Source of the DNA: Candidatus Bathyarchaeia archaeon
Lineage (GTDB): Archaea > Thermoproteota > Bathyarchaeia > TCS64
DNA length: 16,939 nt
Direction: 5' to 3'
NCBI GenBank assembly: GCA_050014495.1
Contig: JBEKDF010000052.1
Span: 1-16,939, forward strand
Below the pieces are notes generated by a model that saw only the letters and a program-made list of their open reading frames with translations, did not search any database and was not told the origin of the DNA. Positions 7,435 to 16,357 of this stretch are shown piece after piece; within the stretch, counting starts at the first letter, position 1, and each line of letters opens with the position of its first letter. The position numbers and the translations under genes were made by a program.

Positions 7435-8706
7435 TCAATTCAGAAACCACTTCCACGCAGGCCTAACATCGATGACGTTGCCGTCCCATGTGATGGTCCT
7501 CTCCTCGTTGAAGGTGATGACGGTGAGACTCGTACAACCGAGCTTCCTACCCGCCTCAAGAAGAGAGCCGACCTCCCTACTATACGTCCCAGGATCATTA
7601 ATGGAGTAGCATACCTGTATGAGTTGAATCGGCTTATTATCTCTCGATAACACGAAATCTACATCAGCGGATCTAGATCTATAGTAGTTAACGCTCTCAC
7701 GTCGCCTCATCAGCTCCACGAACACAGCGTTTTCAAGCCACTTCCCCCTATCTGAGTCGAAGAGCCCAAGTATCCCAGAGTCGGATACGTAAAGCTTCGG
7801 CTTCACATTTCTTTCCTTAATTTTACGCGAATAAGGGTAAACCAGGAAGAAGAGGAACGCGGACTGCGAGTAGTTCAAGTAATTAAGCGCCGTCATGCCA
7901 CTGATCTTATTCCCCTGCGCTGTAAACCAGGAAACTATAGCGGGAATCGAAACGTCTCTGCAAGCAGAGCTAAAGAGTGAATTAACGAAGATCCTGAAAG
8001 CAGCAGCCTTCCTTATACCATGCCTCTCCACCAGATCCCGCTGTATCACGGTAGCATACAACTCTGAGAGCAATTGACGCTTAAGCGAAGGACCCTCGCT
8101 CTTCACGATCTCCGGATACCCGCCAAACTCCAGATACTCTAAGAAGTCAGATACCACCACAGCGGTCTCATCGGGCTTCATATAATCCTCAACAGATAAC
8201 CCCTTGACCCTCAGATACTCCTTAAACGAGAAGGGTAGAACCAACGTGTTAACGGCCCTGCCCCGGAGTTCGGAGGGAAGCCTATCTAGTGACAGCTCCG
8301 AAGTTGACCCGGTTATGAAGATCCTGTAAATTCGCCTGTCGAAGAGGGTCCTGACCCACCTAGACCACTCCGGAAAAGTCTGCACCTCGTCGATGAATAA
8401 ATAAATATCCTTTGTCTCATCGGGCTCGTATACACGAAAAATGGCCTCCTCCAATCTCCCCAGATCTTTTGCTGTGACTCCGACGAAGCCGACATCCTCG
8501 CAGTTTATGAATACCTTATTGCCCTTCTCAACATCAAGGCCCTTCATGAAGAGAAGCATCAGGGACGTTTTCCCAGATCGTCTTGGCCCAATTATCGCAT
8601 TGATGAAATTGACTTCGGGTATCGTAATGTCTCTAGGAACTAACTCGATATCTTTAGCGTAATCGACGTAACTCGAAAGCGCCGCTTCTAAATTTGCCCC
8701 AGTCAA
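7435..8706 (-). CDS. AAA+ ATPase (AAA_14 + DUF4143 architecture)
   Basis: Walker A GPRRSGKT, Walker B LFIDEVQ, ITGS, GGYPE, LENAVF and a C-terminal DVDFV...IQV PD-(D/E)xK-like motif. Confidence 0.9.
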   Translation of the reverse strand: MTGANLEAALSSYVDYAKDIELVPRDITIPEVNFINAIIGPRRSGKTSLMLLFMKGLDVEKGNKVFINCEDVGFVGVTAKDLGRLEEAIFRVYEPDETKDIYLFIDEVQTFPEWSRWVRTLFDRRIYRIFITGSTSELSLDRLPSELRGRAVNTLVLPFSFKEYLRVKGLSVEDYMKPDETAVVVSDFLEYLEFGGYPEIVKSEGPSLKRQLLSELYATVIQRDLVERHGIRKAAAFRIFVNSLFSSACRDVSIPAIVSWFTAQGNKISGMTALNYLNYSQSAFLFFLVYPYSRKIKERNVKPKLYVSDSGILGLFDSDRGKWLENAVFVELMRRRESVNYYRSRSADVDFVLSRDNKPIQLIQVCYSINDPGTYSREVGSLLEAGRKLGCTSLTVITFNEERTITWDGNVIDVRPAWKWFLN

Positions 8707-8717
8707 TGGCCCATCAA

Positions 8718-8788
8718 TTCCTATTTTGTTATTTTAAATAATTAATATAATACTAATTTATTAATTTTATCATATAACAAATTAGGAA
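8718..8788. promoter_or_regulatory. AT-rich ATPase promoter bounded by a 15-bp inverted repeat
   Basis: TTCCTATTTTGTTAT (8718-8732) versus ATAACAAATTAGGAA (8774-8788), 14/15 complementary. Confidence 0.6.
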
Positions 8789-8972
8789 GCCTTCCCACCC
8801 CTATTCGAACAATCTTATCAGTTGACAATCCCGTATATGTGTGTAGCCCGCTGCACAGGTGCCCCTTCCGTGTGCGCACTCTCAACCATCCAACGTCATT
8901 TAGCACGCGTGCCTCGGTACAAGTCTTAAGTACACTAACCTTAGATCAAATTCTCAACCAGGTGTTCACGAA

Positions 8973-11186
8973 TTGCATAGAACAACCACTCTGGTACTAG
9001 GAATCCTATTCCTGTCAGCACTCACTACCTCACTAATCATCCCCAAAGTGTCAGGCGACGCTTCTAACTCAGTGTGGTGGGCCTCATTCGGTCACGACAA
9101 CGCCAACACCAGGACCTCCCCATCAAGCGGCCCACGATCAGCCAAGCTCCTCTGGAACTTCACCGCCGGAGGCGCCGTGCGAACCTCCCCCGCGGTCGTC
9201 GACGGCGTCGTCTACGCGGGCACATTCGGAGGCAACTTTTACGCAATCGACGCGAACACCGGCGCCCAGATCTGGTCCTTCAAAACCGACACAGACATCT
9301 GGGCCTCCCCAACCGTCGCCAACGGAATAGTCTACGTGGGAGCGAACAGTGGCACCCTATTCGCCCTGAGCACATCTGATGGACACGAGGTATGGGAGTT
9401 CAAAACGGGCAGCGGACTCTACAACGGACCCACCATCGTCGGCAACATCGCCTACGAGGCCTCAACCGACGACAACGTATACGCCCTCGACGCCACCACC
9501 GGCGCCAAGATCTGGTCATTCAACACCGGAGGACAGTGCCGCTCCACCCCCGCAGTAGTCAACGGAGTCGTCTACCTCGGATCCCTCGGAGGCAAAATCT
9601 ACGCCGTCGACGCGGCCAAGGGCACCGAGATATGGAACTACACGACGGCGCCGGGGGACACCTACATGGACTCCAGCCCAGCGGTCGTGAACAACGTCGT
9701 CTACATAGGCTCAACCGACTCCAACGTATACGCCCTAGACGCCAAGACCGGGGCCAAGACCTGGAGCTACAAGGCAGGCAGCAAGGTATCCTCATCCCCA
9801 GCAGTCGCAAACGGTGTAGTCTACGTAGGATCCGAGGACGGCAACCTATACGCCCTCGACGCCACCAGCGGAGCCAAGATCTGGAGCTACGCACCCGGAG
9901 GCGCAGTCTACTCCTCCCCATCAGTCGCGAGCGGCGTCGTCTACATCGGCTCATGGGGCGGCGGAGTCGATGCATTAGACGCCTCCACGGGCGCCGTCAT
10001 CTGGACCTACTCGACTGGCACGGTCTTCGCGTCACCCGCGATAGCGAACAACGTAGTCTACGTGGGGTCGTATGACAACAAGGTATACGCCTTCGGCGCC
10101 CCGGGGACGATCCAACCGAGCAACCAGACCCTGCCACAGGTATTCGTCGGCGGGGCAGCAAATGGAACAACAGTCGCGTCAAACAAGGTGACGCTGAACC
10201 TGCAGACAACGAATAACAACACGGCCTACTACCAAGTCCGAGTCGACGGCGGAAAGTGGATGAACACCGGACTATCAGGCAGCTACACCTTCAGCGGCCT
10301 ATCCCTGGGCAAACACACGCTCCAGGGTCAGGCAGTCGACAACTCGGGTCAGGTGACTGGATCCAGCAACGTCACTGTGACAGTCAGCGTCTGGGTACCA
10401 CCCACTATAAACGCGGTGGCCTCAAGCGTAGCCACCGTCGGCGTACTAACCATAGTCTCACTGGCCGGTTTAGCCGTAAGCAACCCCACAACCATCGCCG
10501 GCAACTGGCTCGCGGAGAAGATCAATAACCTCCTCCCAAAATACGCTAAGGATTGGCTAGAGAGCTTCGTCTCCTCAAAGCGCTCACAGGTCATCGAGGA
10601 TAACCCTGGCACCATCTTCACATTGACGAAGCTGGAGATGATCGCATACGCAGTAACCCTACTAGTTCTGACACTCGCGTTCTCCTACTCAGGGGCAGGG
10701 ACCATGGAGGAGTTCCTGATCCTCCTACCAACCGTGCTAGCCACCAGCGTCGTCGTGGGGTTCATCAAGAACCTGCTGATGGAGCTCATCGCAAGATTGC
10801 TGGGTGTCTGGGCTGAGTACCGCCTCTGGTACCTCGGGCTCACAACCTTCACACTCTCAACGTTAATCTTCAAGACCCCCTTCTCGTCGCCGAGCAGAAT
10901 CCTACACCACAGCCCACGCAGCACCACGAAAACAGGGGGAATAACCGCGACGGCCTCCGTCATGATAACACTAGGCTTCGGGGCGATCTTCTACCTCATA
11001 CAAATCCTCGGCTTCCCCCTAATCGGAAGCATAGGGCTCGCCTCCTGTCTACTATCAGCCTTCTTCGAAACCATCCCAATCCCACTCATGAACGGCAAGG
11101 GGATATGGGACTGGAACAAAATCATCTGGGCCATCATATTCCTCGTGAGTCTAATCCTCTACGCCCTTTGGCTAATTTACCTTTGA
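8973..11186 (+). CDS. Surface protein: signal peptide, 8-blade PQQ/BamB-like beta-propeller, Ig-like domain, C-terminal multi-TM domain
   Basis: Eight ~40-aa repeats (W.F.TG..V.SSPAV.NGVVY.GS.D..VYALDA.TG); YQVRVDGG...GKHTLQGQAVD Ig-like segment; several hydrophobic helices. Confidence 0.9.
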   Translation: MHRTTTLVLGILFLSALTTSLIIPKVSGDASNSVWWASFGHDNANTRTSPSSGPRSAKLLWNFTAGGAVRTSPAVVDGVVYAGTFGGNFYAIDANTGAQIWSFKTDTDIWASPTVANGIVYVGANSGTLFALSTSDGHEVWEFKTGSGLYNGPTIVGNIAYEASTDDNVYALDATTGAKIWSFNTGGQCRSTPAVVNGVVYLGSLGGKIYAVDAAKGTEIWNYTTAPGDTYMDSSPAVVNNVVYIGSTDSNVYALDAKTGAKTWSYKAGSKVSSSPAVANGVVYVGSEDGNLYALDATSGAKIWSYAPGGAVYSSPSVASGVVYIGSWGGGVDALDASTGAVIWTYSTGTVFASPAIANNVVYVGSYDNKVYAFGAPGTIQPSNQTLPQVFVGGAANGTTVASNKVTLNLQTTNNNTAYYQVRVDGGKWMNTGLSGSYTFSGLSLGKHTLQGQAVDNSGQVTGSSNVTVTVSVWVPPTINAVASSVATVGVLTIVSLAGLAVSNPTTIAGNWLAEKINNLLPKYAKDWLESFVSSKRSQVIEDNPGTIFTLTKLEMIAYAVTLLVLTLAFSYSGAGTMEEFLILLPTVLATSVVVGFIKNLLMELIARLLGVWAEYRLWYLGLTTFTLSTLIFKTPFSSPSRILHHSPRSTTKTGGITATASVMITLGFGAIFYLIQILGFPLIGSIGLASCLLSAFFETIPIPLMNGKGIWDWNKIIWAIIFLVSLILYALWLIYL

Positions 11187-11321
11187 ATCTCTATGCACAC
11201 GCGCCTCTGCAGATCTTAATATGAATGCGCACGCGAAACCTCTTGAGGTATCAATGCGCGCGCAAGCCTTAGCGCACGCGGTGTTAGTATTTATATTATG
11301 ACTTGTGTACTATTTGTTAGT

Positions 11322-11570
11322 ATGGTTGAGGTTGTTTCTGCCCGCGTCGACGAGGAGACTCGACGAAAGATGCGGCGGCTCAGGCACGTGAATTGGAGCG
11401 AGGTGGTGAGGGAAGCCATTCAGGAGAAGATCCGACTCGAGGATCGTAGGCGTGTGAGGGACGCCGCGGAGGTCGATGAAGCGCTTCGCTTGATGGATTC
11501 GATTAGGCGTCCCCGTTCGGGGTTTGATGGGGCGGAGGAGATTAGGAAGTGGCGGGATCTGAGAAGGTAG
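11322..11570 (+). CDS. vapB: RHH/CopG-type VapB antitoxin
   Basis: VVSARVDEETRRKM...VNWSEVVREAIQEKI...EEIRKWRD; overlaps the PIN gene; ATG 11322 fits the TATA box at about 11289. Confidence 0.85.
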   Translation: MVEVVSARVDEETRRKMRRLRHVNWSEVVREAIQEKIRLEDRRRVRDAAEVDEALRLMDSIRRPRSGFDGAEEIRKWRDLRR

Positions 11571-11983
11571 TCGTCGACGCCTCCGTCGCATTCAAGTGGT
11601 TTGTCGAGGAGCAGGATAGCAGCGCCGCCAGAGTGTTGGCTGGGGATTATGGTGCGGGGCGGGTTGATATAGCGTCGGTTGAGCTTCTGCCCTTTGAAGT
11701 TCTGAATGCGCTTCGGTATGCCCCCGATTCGGGGCTGGAGGATCTGAGGAAGGCTGCCCTTGCCCTCGATAAGTTGGGTTTGGATCTGCGTCCTCTTAGT
11801 GGGGAGCTCGCTGGGAGATGTGTTGAGAACTCATTGAGGTATGGTATTTCGGTCTATGACTCAGCGTATCTTTCCCTGGGTGAGCTTGAGGGGGAATCGG
11901 TTTATACGGCGGATGTGAAGCTCATGAAGAGGGTGGGTGGGGATGTGCTAAAGCACATCTCAAACTACAAGACATCCCAGTAA
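11549..11983 (+). CDS. vapC: VapC PIN-domain toxin
   Basis: VVDASVAFKW, FEVLNAL, SVYDSAY, YTAD. Confidence 0.9.
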   Translation: MAGSEKVVVDASVAFKWFVEEQDSSAARVLAGDYGAGRVDIASVELLPFEVLNALRYAPDSGLEDLRKAALALDKLGLDLRPLSGELAGRCVENSLRYGISVYDSAYLSLGELEGESVYTADVKLMKRVGGDVLKHISNYKTSQ

Positions 11984-12018
11984 TTGATTATATGTGCGCG
12001 CGCGCAGTGGTAAATTGC

Positions 12019-12447
12019 TTAGAGTGCGCGCTTTTTGAGGTCGCCTGCAAATAACTTCGCGTTCTTTAGATCACTCTCATTCGGGTGACCACGATTGAGG
12101 AAGAAGAATGTCTGGCCATGGCACTTGAAGCTGGAGATGACTTTGTAGCCCTTTTCCTCTAATGCCACTTGCATTACACTGATGCATTTTGGTTCTGGCC
12201 CCCCGGCTGTGGCGAAAACAGCTGCTTTACAAGTGTTACTCTGCGGTAGGCTATTCAGGAATCCCTGAAGCCCATTACCGACATTGTTGCCGTAGTTACC
12301 ACTACCCAATACCAAAAGGTCTAGCCCTGAGACGTCGGGGGTCCCTTTCATTACATTAGATGCCACGCATCCAAGTTCCTGGGCGATGGCTTCGGCTACC
12401 TTTCGTGTATTTCCGCCTCTCGAGAAGTAAACGACGAGGGATTTCAT
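12019..12447 (-). CDS. Flavodoxin-family protein
   Basis: VVYFSRGGNTRKVAEAIA FMN loop, LVLGSG, AVFAT. Confidence 0.9.
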   Translation of the reverse strand: MKSLVVYFSRGGNTRKVAEAIAQELGCVASNVMKGTPDVSGLDLLVLGSGNYGNNVGNGLQGFLNSLPQSNTCKAAVFATAGGPEPKCISVMQVALEEKGYKVISSFKCHGQTFFFLNRGHPNESDLKNAKLFAGDLKKRAL

Positions 12448-12514
12448 AATGTCAGTTCAGTGGACTCGATTATAAAATGTCCATTCATCTGTGCCGCGTG
12501 CGCTTGTGTACTTC

Positions 12515-13723
12515 TTAAGCATTAGCCCTAACGTTTCTAAATGTAAGATAGAAAAGTGGAACACCCACCGCGTAGAAGGCGGTTGCGAGAAGAAACGGTG
12601 AAGTGTAATCACCCGAGGCGAGAATAGCGCCTCCGATGATCGTTGTTACGCTGTTTGGGATCCTCCATATGACCGAGTTAATGGAGCTTGCGAAACCCCT
12701 CTCATCCGGCTCAATTATGCTCATCAGGTACGAGTCCGCCAGCGGGGATGACATGTTCATCAACATCGTCCTAATGACGAAGACTCCGAGTGCTAGAGTT
12801 ACGTTCCCAACATAGGCAAGTGACACCAGAAACATCACGGATAAGCCCTGAGTGAGCGCGATTGCTCCAACGGACCCCATCCTCCTCGCGAGTCGTGGGC
12901 TAAACGCCGCCGCCAGCCCTATCGTCAGCGACGCGCCTGCGAGCACGGGTCCGCTGAAGGTGTCTGGGAGGGCGAACCTGAGGTATAGCCACGTCGGTAT
13001 CAACGGCATAATAAAACCTGCGCCTAACCCGATCAAGCTGTTAATCAGAGAGAACTTGATGACCGTCCTAGTACCCGCTCCTCGCCATAATTTCCCGCCA
13101 CGCTTAGGCGTTTCATGGTAACCACGGAGAGCCATGTATAAGATGGCGGGGAAGACCAAAGACAACACTCCGAAGAGGAGGAGTATGTCCGAGTGCACGG
13201 CTTGGAGGCTAGCGCCAAAGATTTCGCTGATCGGTGGGATGATCAGCGGGAGTGCCGAACCTAATGCTCCGGCTCCCCCAACAAGTATGAAGCTTAGAGT
13301 GAAGACGGTGTCTCTGTTCTGGAGGGTCGTTTGATCCGCCATCATCGCGTTGACGGTCGCGAGGTAGGCGCCCTCAAGTATCCCCGCCAATGCTCCGCCG
13401 ACTACAAGCAGAGTCACGTTGGTTGTCAGTGCTACGATGAAGAACAGAGGTGTTGCACCGAGTATCCCTGAGATGATTATCCACTTCCTCCCCTTTCTGT
13501 CGGAGAGGATCCCGAAGGGTATGGCGGAGGCCGCCATGGAGAGGCCCTCCGCGCCGATTATGAGCCCGATTGTTTGGGTTGTGACGCCTGTCTGGGGGAG
13601 GTAGGCGGCGATTACGATCATGAGGTAGCTGAGGGTCAATTGGTTTGCGGCGAGGGTGATGATGAGAAGGAGGAGGTTGCGGGGGATCTTTGATAGAAGA
13701 TTACCCTCATTTGTACTTTCCAT
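12515..13723 (-). CDS. MFS transporter
   Basis: About 12 hydrophobic segments; motif A GILSDRKGRK; second-half PRLARRMG and PDERG motifs. Confidence 0.9.
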   Translation of the reverse strand: MESTNEGNLLSKIPRNLLLLIITLAANQLTLSYLMIVIAAYLPQTGVTTQTIGLIIGAEGLSMAASAIPFGILSDRKGRKWIIISGILGATPLFFIVALTTNVTLLVVGGALAGILEGAYLATVNAMMADQTTLQNRDTVFTLSFILVGGAGALGSALPLIIPPISEIFGASLQAVHSDILLLFGVLSLVFPAILYMALRGYHETPKRGGKLWRGAGTRTVIKFSLINSLIGLGAGFIMPLIPTWLYLRFALPDTFSGPVLAGASLTIGLAAAFSPRLARRMGSVGAIALTQGLSVMFLVSLAYVGNVTLALGVFVIRTMLMNMSSPLADSYLMSIIEPDERGFASSINSVIWRIPNSVTTIIGGAILASGDYTSPFLLATAFYAVGVPLFYLTFRNVRANA

Positions 13724-13836
13724 TTTACCCTCGCCTCATCTGGAAGTGATGCGGTTCCCTGCAACGATTGTTCTCTAACATTTTAAAATATGATGCTGCG
13801 TGCGATTGACTGAGCGGCGCGCGAGCCCGAAAGAGA

Positions 13837-13884
13837 GTATCGAATCCAGTAGATTTAATATAAATCGATACACATTAGTATCGA
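13837..13884. promoter_or_regulatory. Three GTATCGA half-sites around the TATA box of Fic gene 2
   Basis: GTATCGA 13837-13843, TTTAATATAAA 13853-13863, TCGATAC-N6-GTATCGA 13865-13884. Confidence 0.65.
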
Positions 13885-13902
13885 ATAGGAGTGTGGTGAT
13901 GC

Positions 13903-14859
13903 GTGAGTCTTCTTCCGAGAAGAATCCGGGACAGATTAGTTACGAAGAAGAAGCGGCTGGACTCACATAGACCCCTACCCACCGCACTGGTAGCTCAGCT
14001 GAGAGAGAATCTACTCGTCGAGTACACACATTCCAGCAACGCAATCGAGGGCAACACACTCACACTGGGTGAGACGAGGCTCATCATCGAGGAGGGTGTG
14101 ACCATAGGTGGAAAGTCGATCAGGGAGCATTTAGAGGCCCGCAACCACCCGGGGGCCATACAGTTCGTCGAGGAGCTCGCGGCTCATGATAGGGAGTTAA
14201 AGGAGGAGGACGTGCTGAGGCTTCATGGCCTTGTCCTGGGCGGGATCGACTCCTCCGCCGGGAAGTATAGAGAGTGGGGGGTCAGAGTCTCAGGGTCCAC
14301 GTTCAACCCGCCCCCCAGCCACGAGGTACCGGAGCGCGTGGTGGCTCTACTCGACTGGTTGAGGAGGAACCCGGATGAGCTGACACCAGTCGAACTCTCC
14401 GCGCTCCTCATGCATCGATTCTCCCAGATCCATCCCTTCTCGGATGGGAATGGTAGGGTTGGCCGACTCCTCATGAACCTGGTTCTGATTAGGGAGGGAT
14501 ATCCCTTCATCACGAACATCTCATACAGGGAAAGGGGGAGGTATCTTCGTGGCCTTCAGGAGGCCGACGAGGGAAACCGGAGGCACCTCATTGGACTGGT
14601 TGCGAGGTGCGTCGAGGACGCGCTTGATTCTTACCTGCGGGTCATCGAGGAGCCAAAGGTGTGCTCGCTGTCGGAGGCGAGCAGGAGGACGGGGGTAGAT
14701 TCGGATTATCTTGGTCTTCTCATTCGTCGGGGGATCCTGCCCGCCTTTAAGCGGGGTGGTAGGTGGTTTCTAACCGAGGATGATCTCAATGTGTACATGA
14801 ACGAGGTCAGAAGAAATAATCGCGCGCGTGCCGTACCTCTGAGAGGAACTCACCCGTGA
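13903..14859 (+). CDS. Fic-family protein with C-terminal excisionase/MerR-like HTH
   Basis: SNAIEGNT, HPFSDGNGRVGR; C-terminal SLSEASRRTGVDSDYLGLLIRRGILPAFKRGGRWF; GGTGA ribosome-binding site before GTG. Confidence 0.92.
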   Translation: MSLLPRRIRDRLVTKKKRLDSHRPLPTALVAQLRENLLVEYTHSSNAIEGNTLTLGETRLIIEEGVTIGGKSIREHLEARNHPGAIQFVEELAAHDRELKEEDVLRLHGLVLGGIDSSAGKYREWGVRVSGSTFNPPPSHEVPERVVALLDWLRRNPDELTPVELSALLMHRFSQIHPFSDGNGRVGRLLMNLVLIREGYPFITNISYRERGRYLRGLQEADEGNRRHLIGLVARCVEDALDSYLRVIEEPKVCSLSEASRRTGVDSDYLGLLIRRGILPAFKRGGRWFLTEDDLNVYMNEVRRNNRARAVPLRGTHP

Positions 14860-14991
14860 ACATGTTGAGAAGAATCCACCTACGCCAATTATTCCTATGT
14901 AAGGGTGAAGTACGTTAAATGATTTTATACATATTCGAGACAATCATTCTTAACATTAACTCTAAACTAATGTTAATTTGCATCCGCGCTT

Positions 14992-15408
14992 TCATGGAAC
15001 TGCGAGCAGTTTCGCCTTTACTATTCCGAGATCACTGATTACGTGGTCGGTCGTGACGAGGATTCCTCCAACCTTCCTGGTCGTAGCAACTACGTAAGCA
15101 TCAGCCAATGAGATCTTTCCCCTGTGTTGACACTTGATGCCGCCTGCATCGCGTGTTAATCGCTCGTCGGTGGCTACCGATATTATTCCCGAGTTCCTAA
15201 TAGAGGTGTACCTAAGGTCCGCGACTTCCCTGCCGAAGACCTCACAAGTCTTGTAGTAGAGCTCCGCGAGGCTCAGATCGCATACATAGATCTCTATCCC
15301 CGCGTCGTCGATAATTTCTTTAGCGCGCTTATCCTCGCCGAAGTAGAGCAGTAAAGGCCCCGTATCCAGTACGACCTTACCCTTCAGAACCCTCCCTCCT
15401 TCTCTCAT
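14992..15408 (-). CDS. vapC: VapC PIN-domain toxin
   Basis: VVLDTG, LAELYY, ISLADAY, LVTTD; start uncertain. Confidence 0.88.
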   Translation of the reverse strand: MREGGRVLKGKVVLDTGPLLLYFGEDKRAKEIIDDAGIEIYVCDLSLAELYYKTCEVFGREVADLRYTSIRNSGIISVATDERLTRDAGGIKCQHRGKISLADAYVVATTRKVGGILVTTDHVISDLGIVKAKLLAVP

Positions 15409-15613
15409 CCTCGATCTCTCTGATCATCCTATACACGACTTCCTTCGAATCCCTGTCCGAGCCGAAGAGATCTTTCAGGGGGAGCACAGGCACGATCATG
15501 ACTCCCTCGCCCGTCTCGATGAACTCTACTCTGGTTCCCTTTCTTAATCGATACTTTCTTCGAATCTCAGCAGGGATGGTTACGGTGCCCTTCTCTGTCA
15601 CGGTATAACTCAT
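15377..15613 (-). CDS. AbrB/MazE/SpoVT-family antitoxin
   Basis: TVTEKGTVTIPAEIRRKYRL; upstream of and overlapping the PIN gene. Confidence 0.88.
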   Translation of the reverse strand: MSYTVTEKGTVTIPAEIRRKYRLRKGTRVEFIETGEGVMIVPVLPLKDLFGSDRDSKEVVYRMIREIEDERRREGSEG

Positions 15614-15625
15614 CGATTATTTCCC

Positions 15626-15646
15626 ATACTTTATCATAAAAAGTAT
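15626..15646. promoter_or_regulatory. Candidate TA operator
   Basis: ATACTTT-N7-AAAGTAT inverted repeat just upstream of the antitoxin start. Confidence 0.4.
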
Positions 15647-15742
15647 CCTATTTAACCTTTAGGTAGTACACGCTAACAACGCACACGCGCCACACCTGCA
15701 CGCGCGAACGAATAAACAGTACGCGTAGATTTAAAATACTAA

Positions 15743-15830
15743 ATGATAAAATTAACAAATTAATAATATACTAATTAATCAAAATAACAAAATAGGAATT
15801 GATAATTTGACGGGGATAAATCTGGAAACG
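15743..15830 (+). pseudogene. Remnant of an AAA ATPase paralog: promoter plus first 8 codons
   Basis: 15743-15803 is 55/61 identical to the reverse complement of 8713-8773; TTG 15807 then encodes MTGINLET versus MTGANLEA in the intact gene. Confidence 0.8.
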
Positions 15831-15985
15831 CGCGCGTGTGTAGAGAATTATTAAAAGAAGCGCGTGCACCGAGGCAGGTTCGATGGGCGGCTTCAACCTT
15901 TCTGCTGATTCAGTCTAAAAAGAGTTGGTTGGCCTTGTTTCCAGTTACTTGCGTGCGTGAGGTATTCGTTTCCTACGCGAACGCT

Positions 15986-16357
15986 TTAGGGGCGTGTAGT
16001 TGACTCGGGCCACACCCCCACGCGTTCAACGTGAAGATCCGTGATCCTGAAATATTGTGGATCCTTATTCGAGTACCTGGCCCTGATTATGCCCTCAGCC
16101 TCCGACTCCGTGGATACACCCTGAATGAACATGGTGAGCACGTCGCCGCGTTGGAATCGCGCCCTCACCAGGAATCCGGGCTGCCTGCTCAGCCCCCTGC
16201 GGTAAATATCCATGAGGGCGACCCCATTCTGGTTACTTAGCTTGTCAGTCAGCCTCACCGCATCTTCGAAGGTCAAGGCATCGGCTACACGCGTGATTGA
16301 ATATGCCCCGCTCTTAACCTTCGCAGCTACCTTGGCTAACTGTGATTCGCTGAGCAT
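15986..16357 (-). CDS. Hypothetical protein
   Basis: 123-aa ORF with coding-like composition and AT-rich upstream region; no family recognised. Confidence 0.6.
   Translation of the reverse strand: MLSESQLAKVAAKVKSGAYSITRVADALTFEDAVRLTDKLSNQNGVALMDIYRRGLSRQPGFLVRARFQRGDVLTMFIQGVSTESEAEGIIRARYSNKDPQYFRITDLHVERVGVWPESTTRP

Noticed and set aside
9074..10075. Arg-rich alternative-frame ORFs (9074-9379, 9392-10075, 9559-9975)
   Set aside because: Shadows of the repetitive, C-ending codon usage of the propeller gene.
9150..10095. DGR template/variable repeat pair among the propeller repeats
   Set aside because: Differences between repeats are not adenine-specific and no reverse transcriptase is present; these are ordinary blade repeats.
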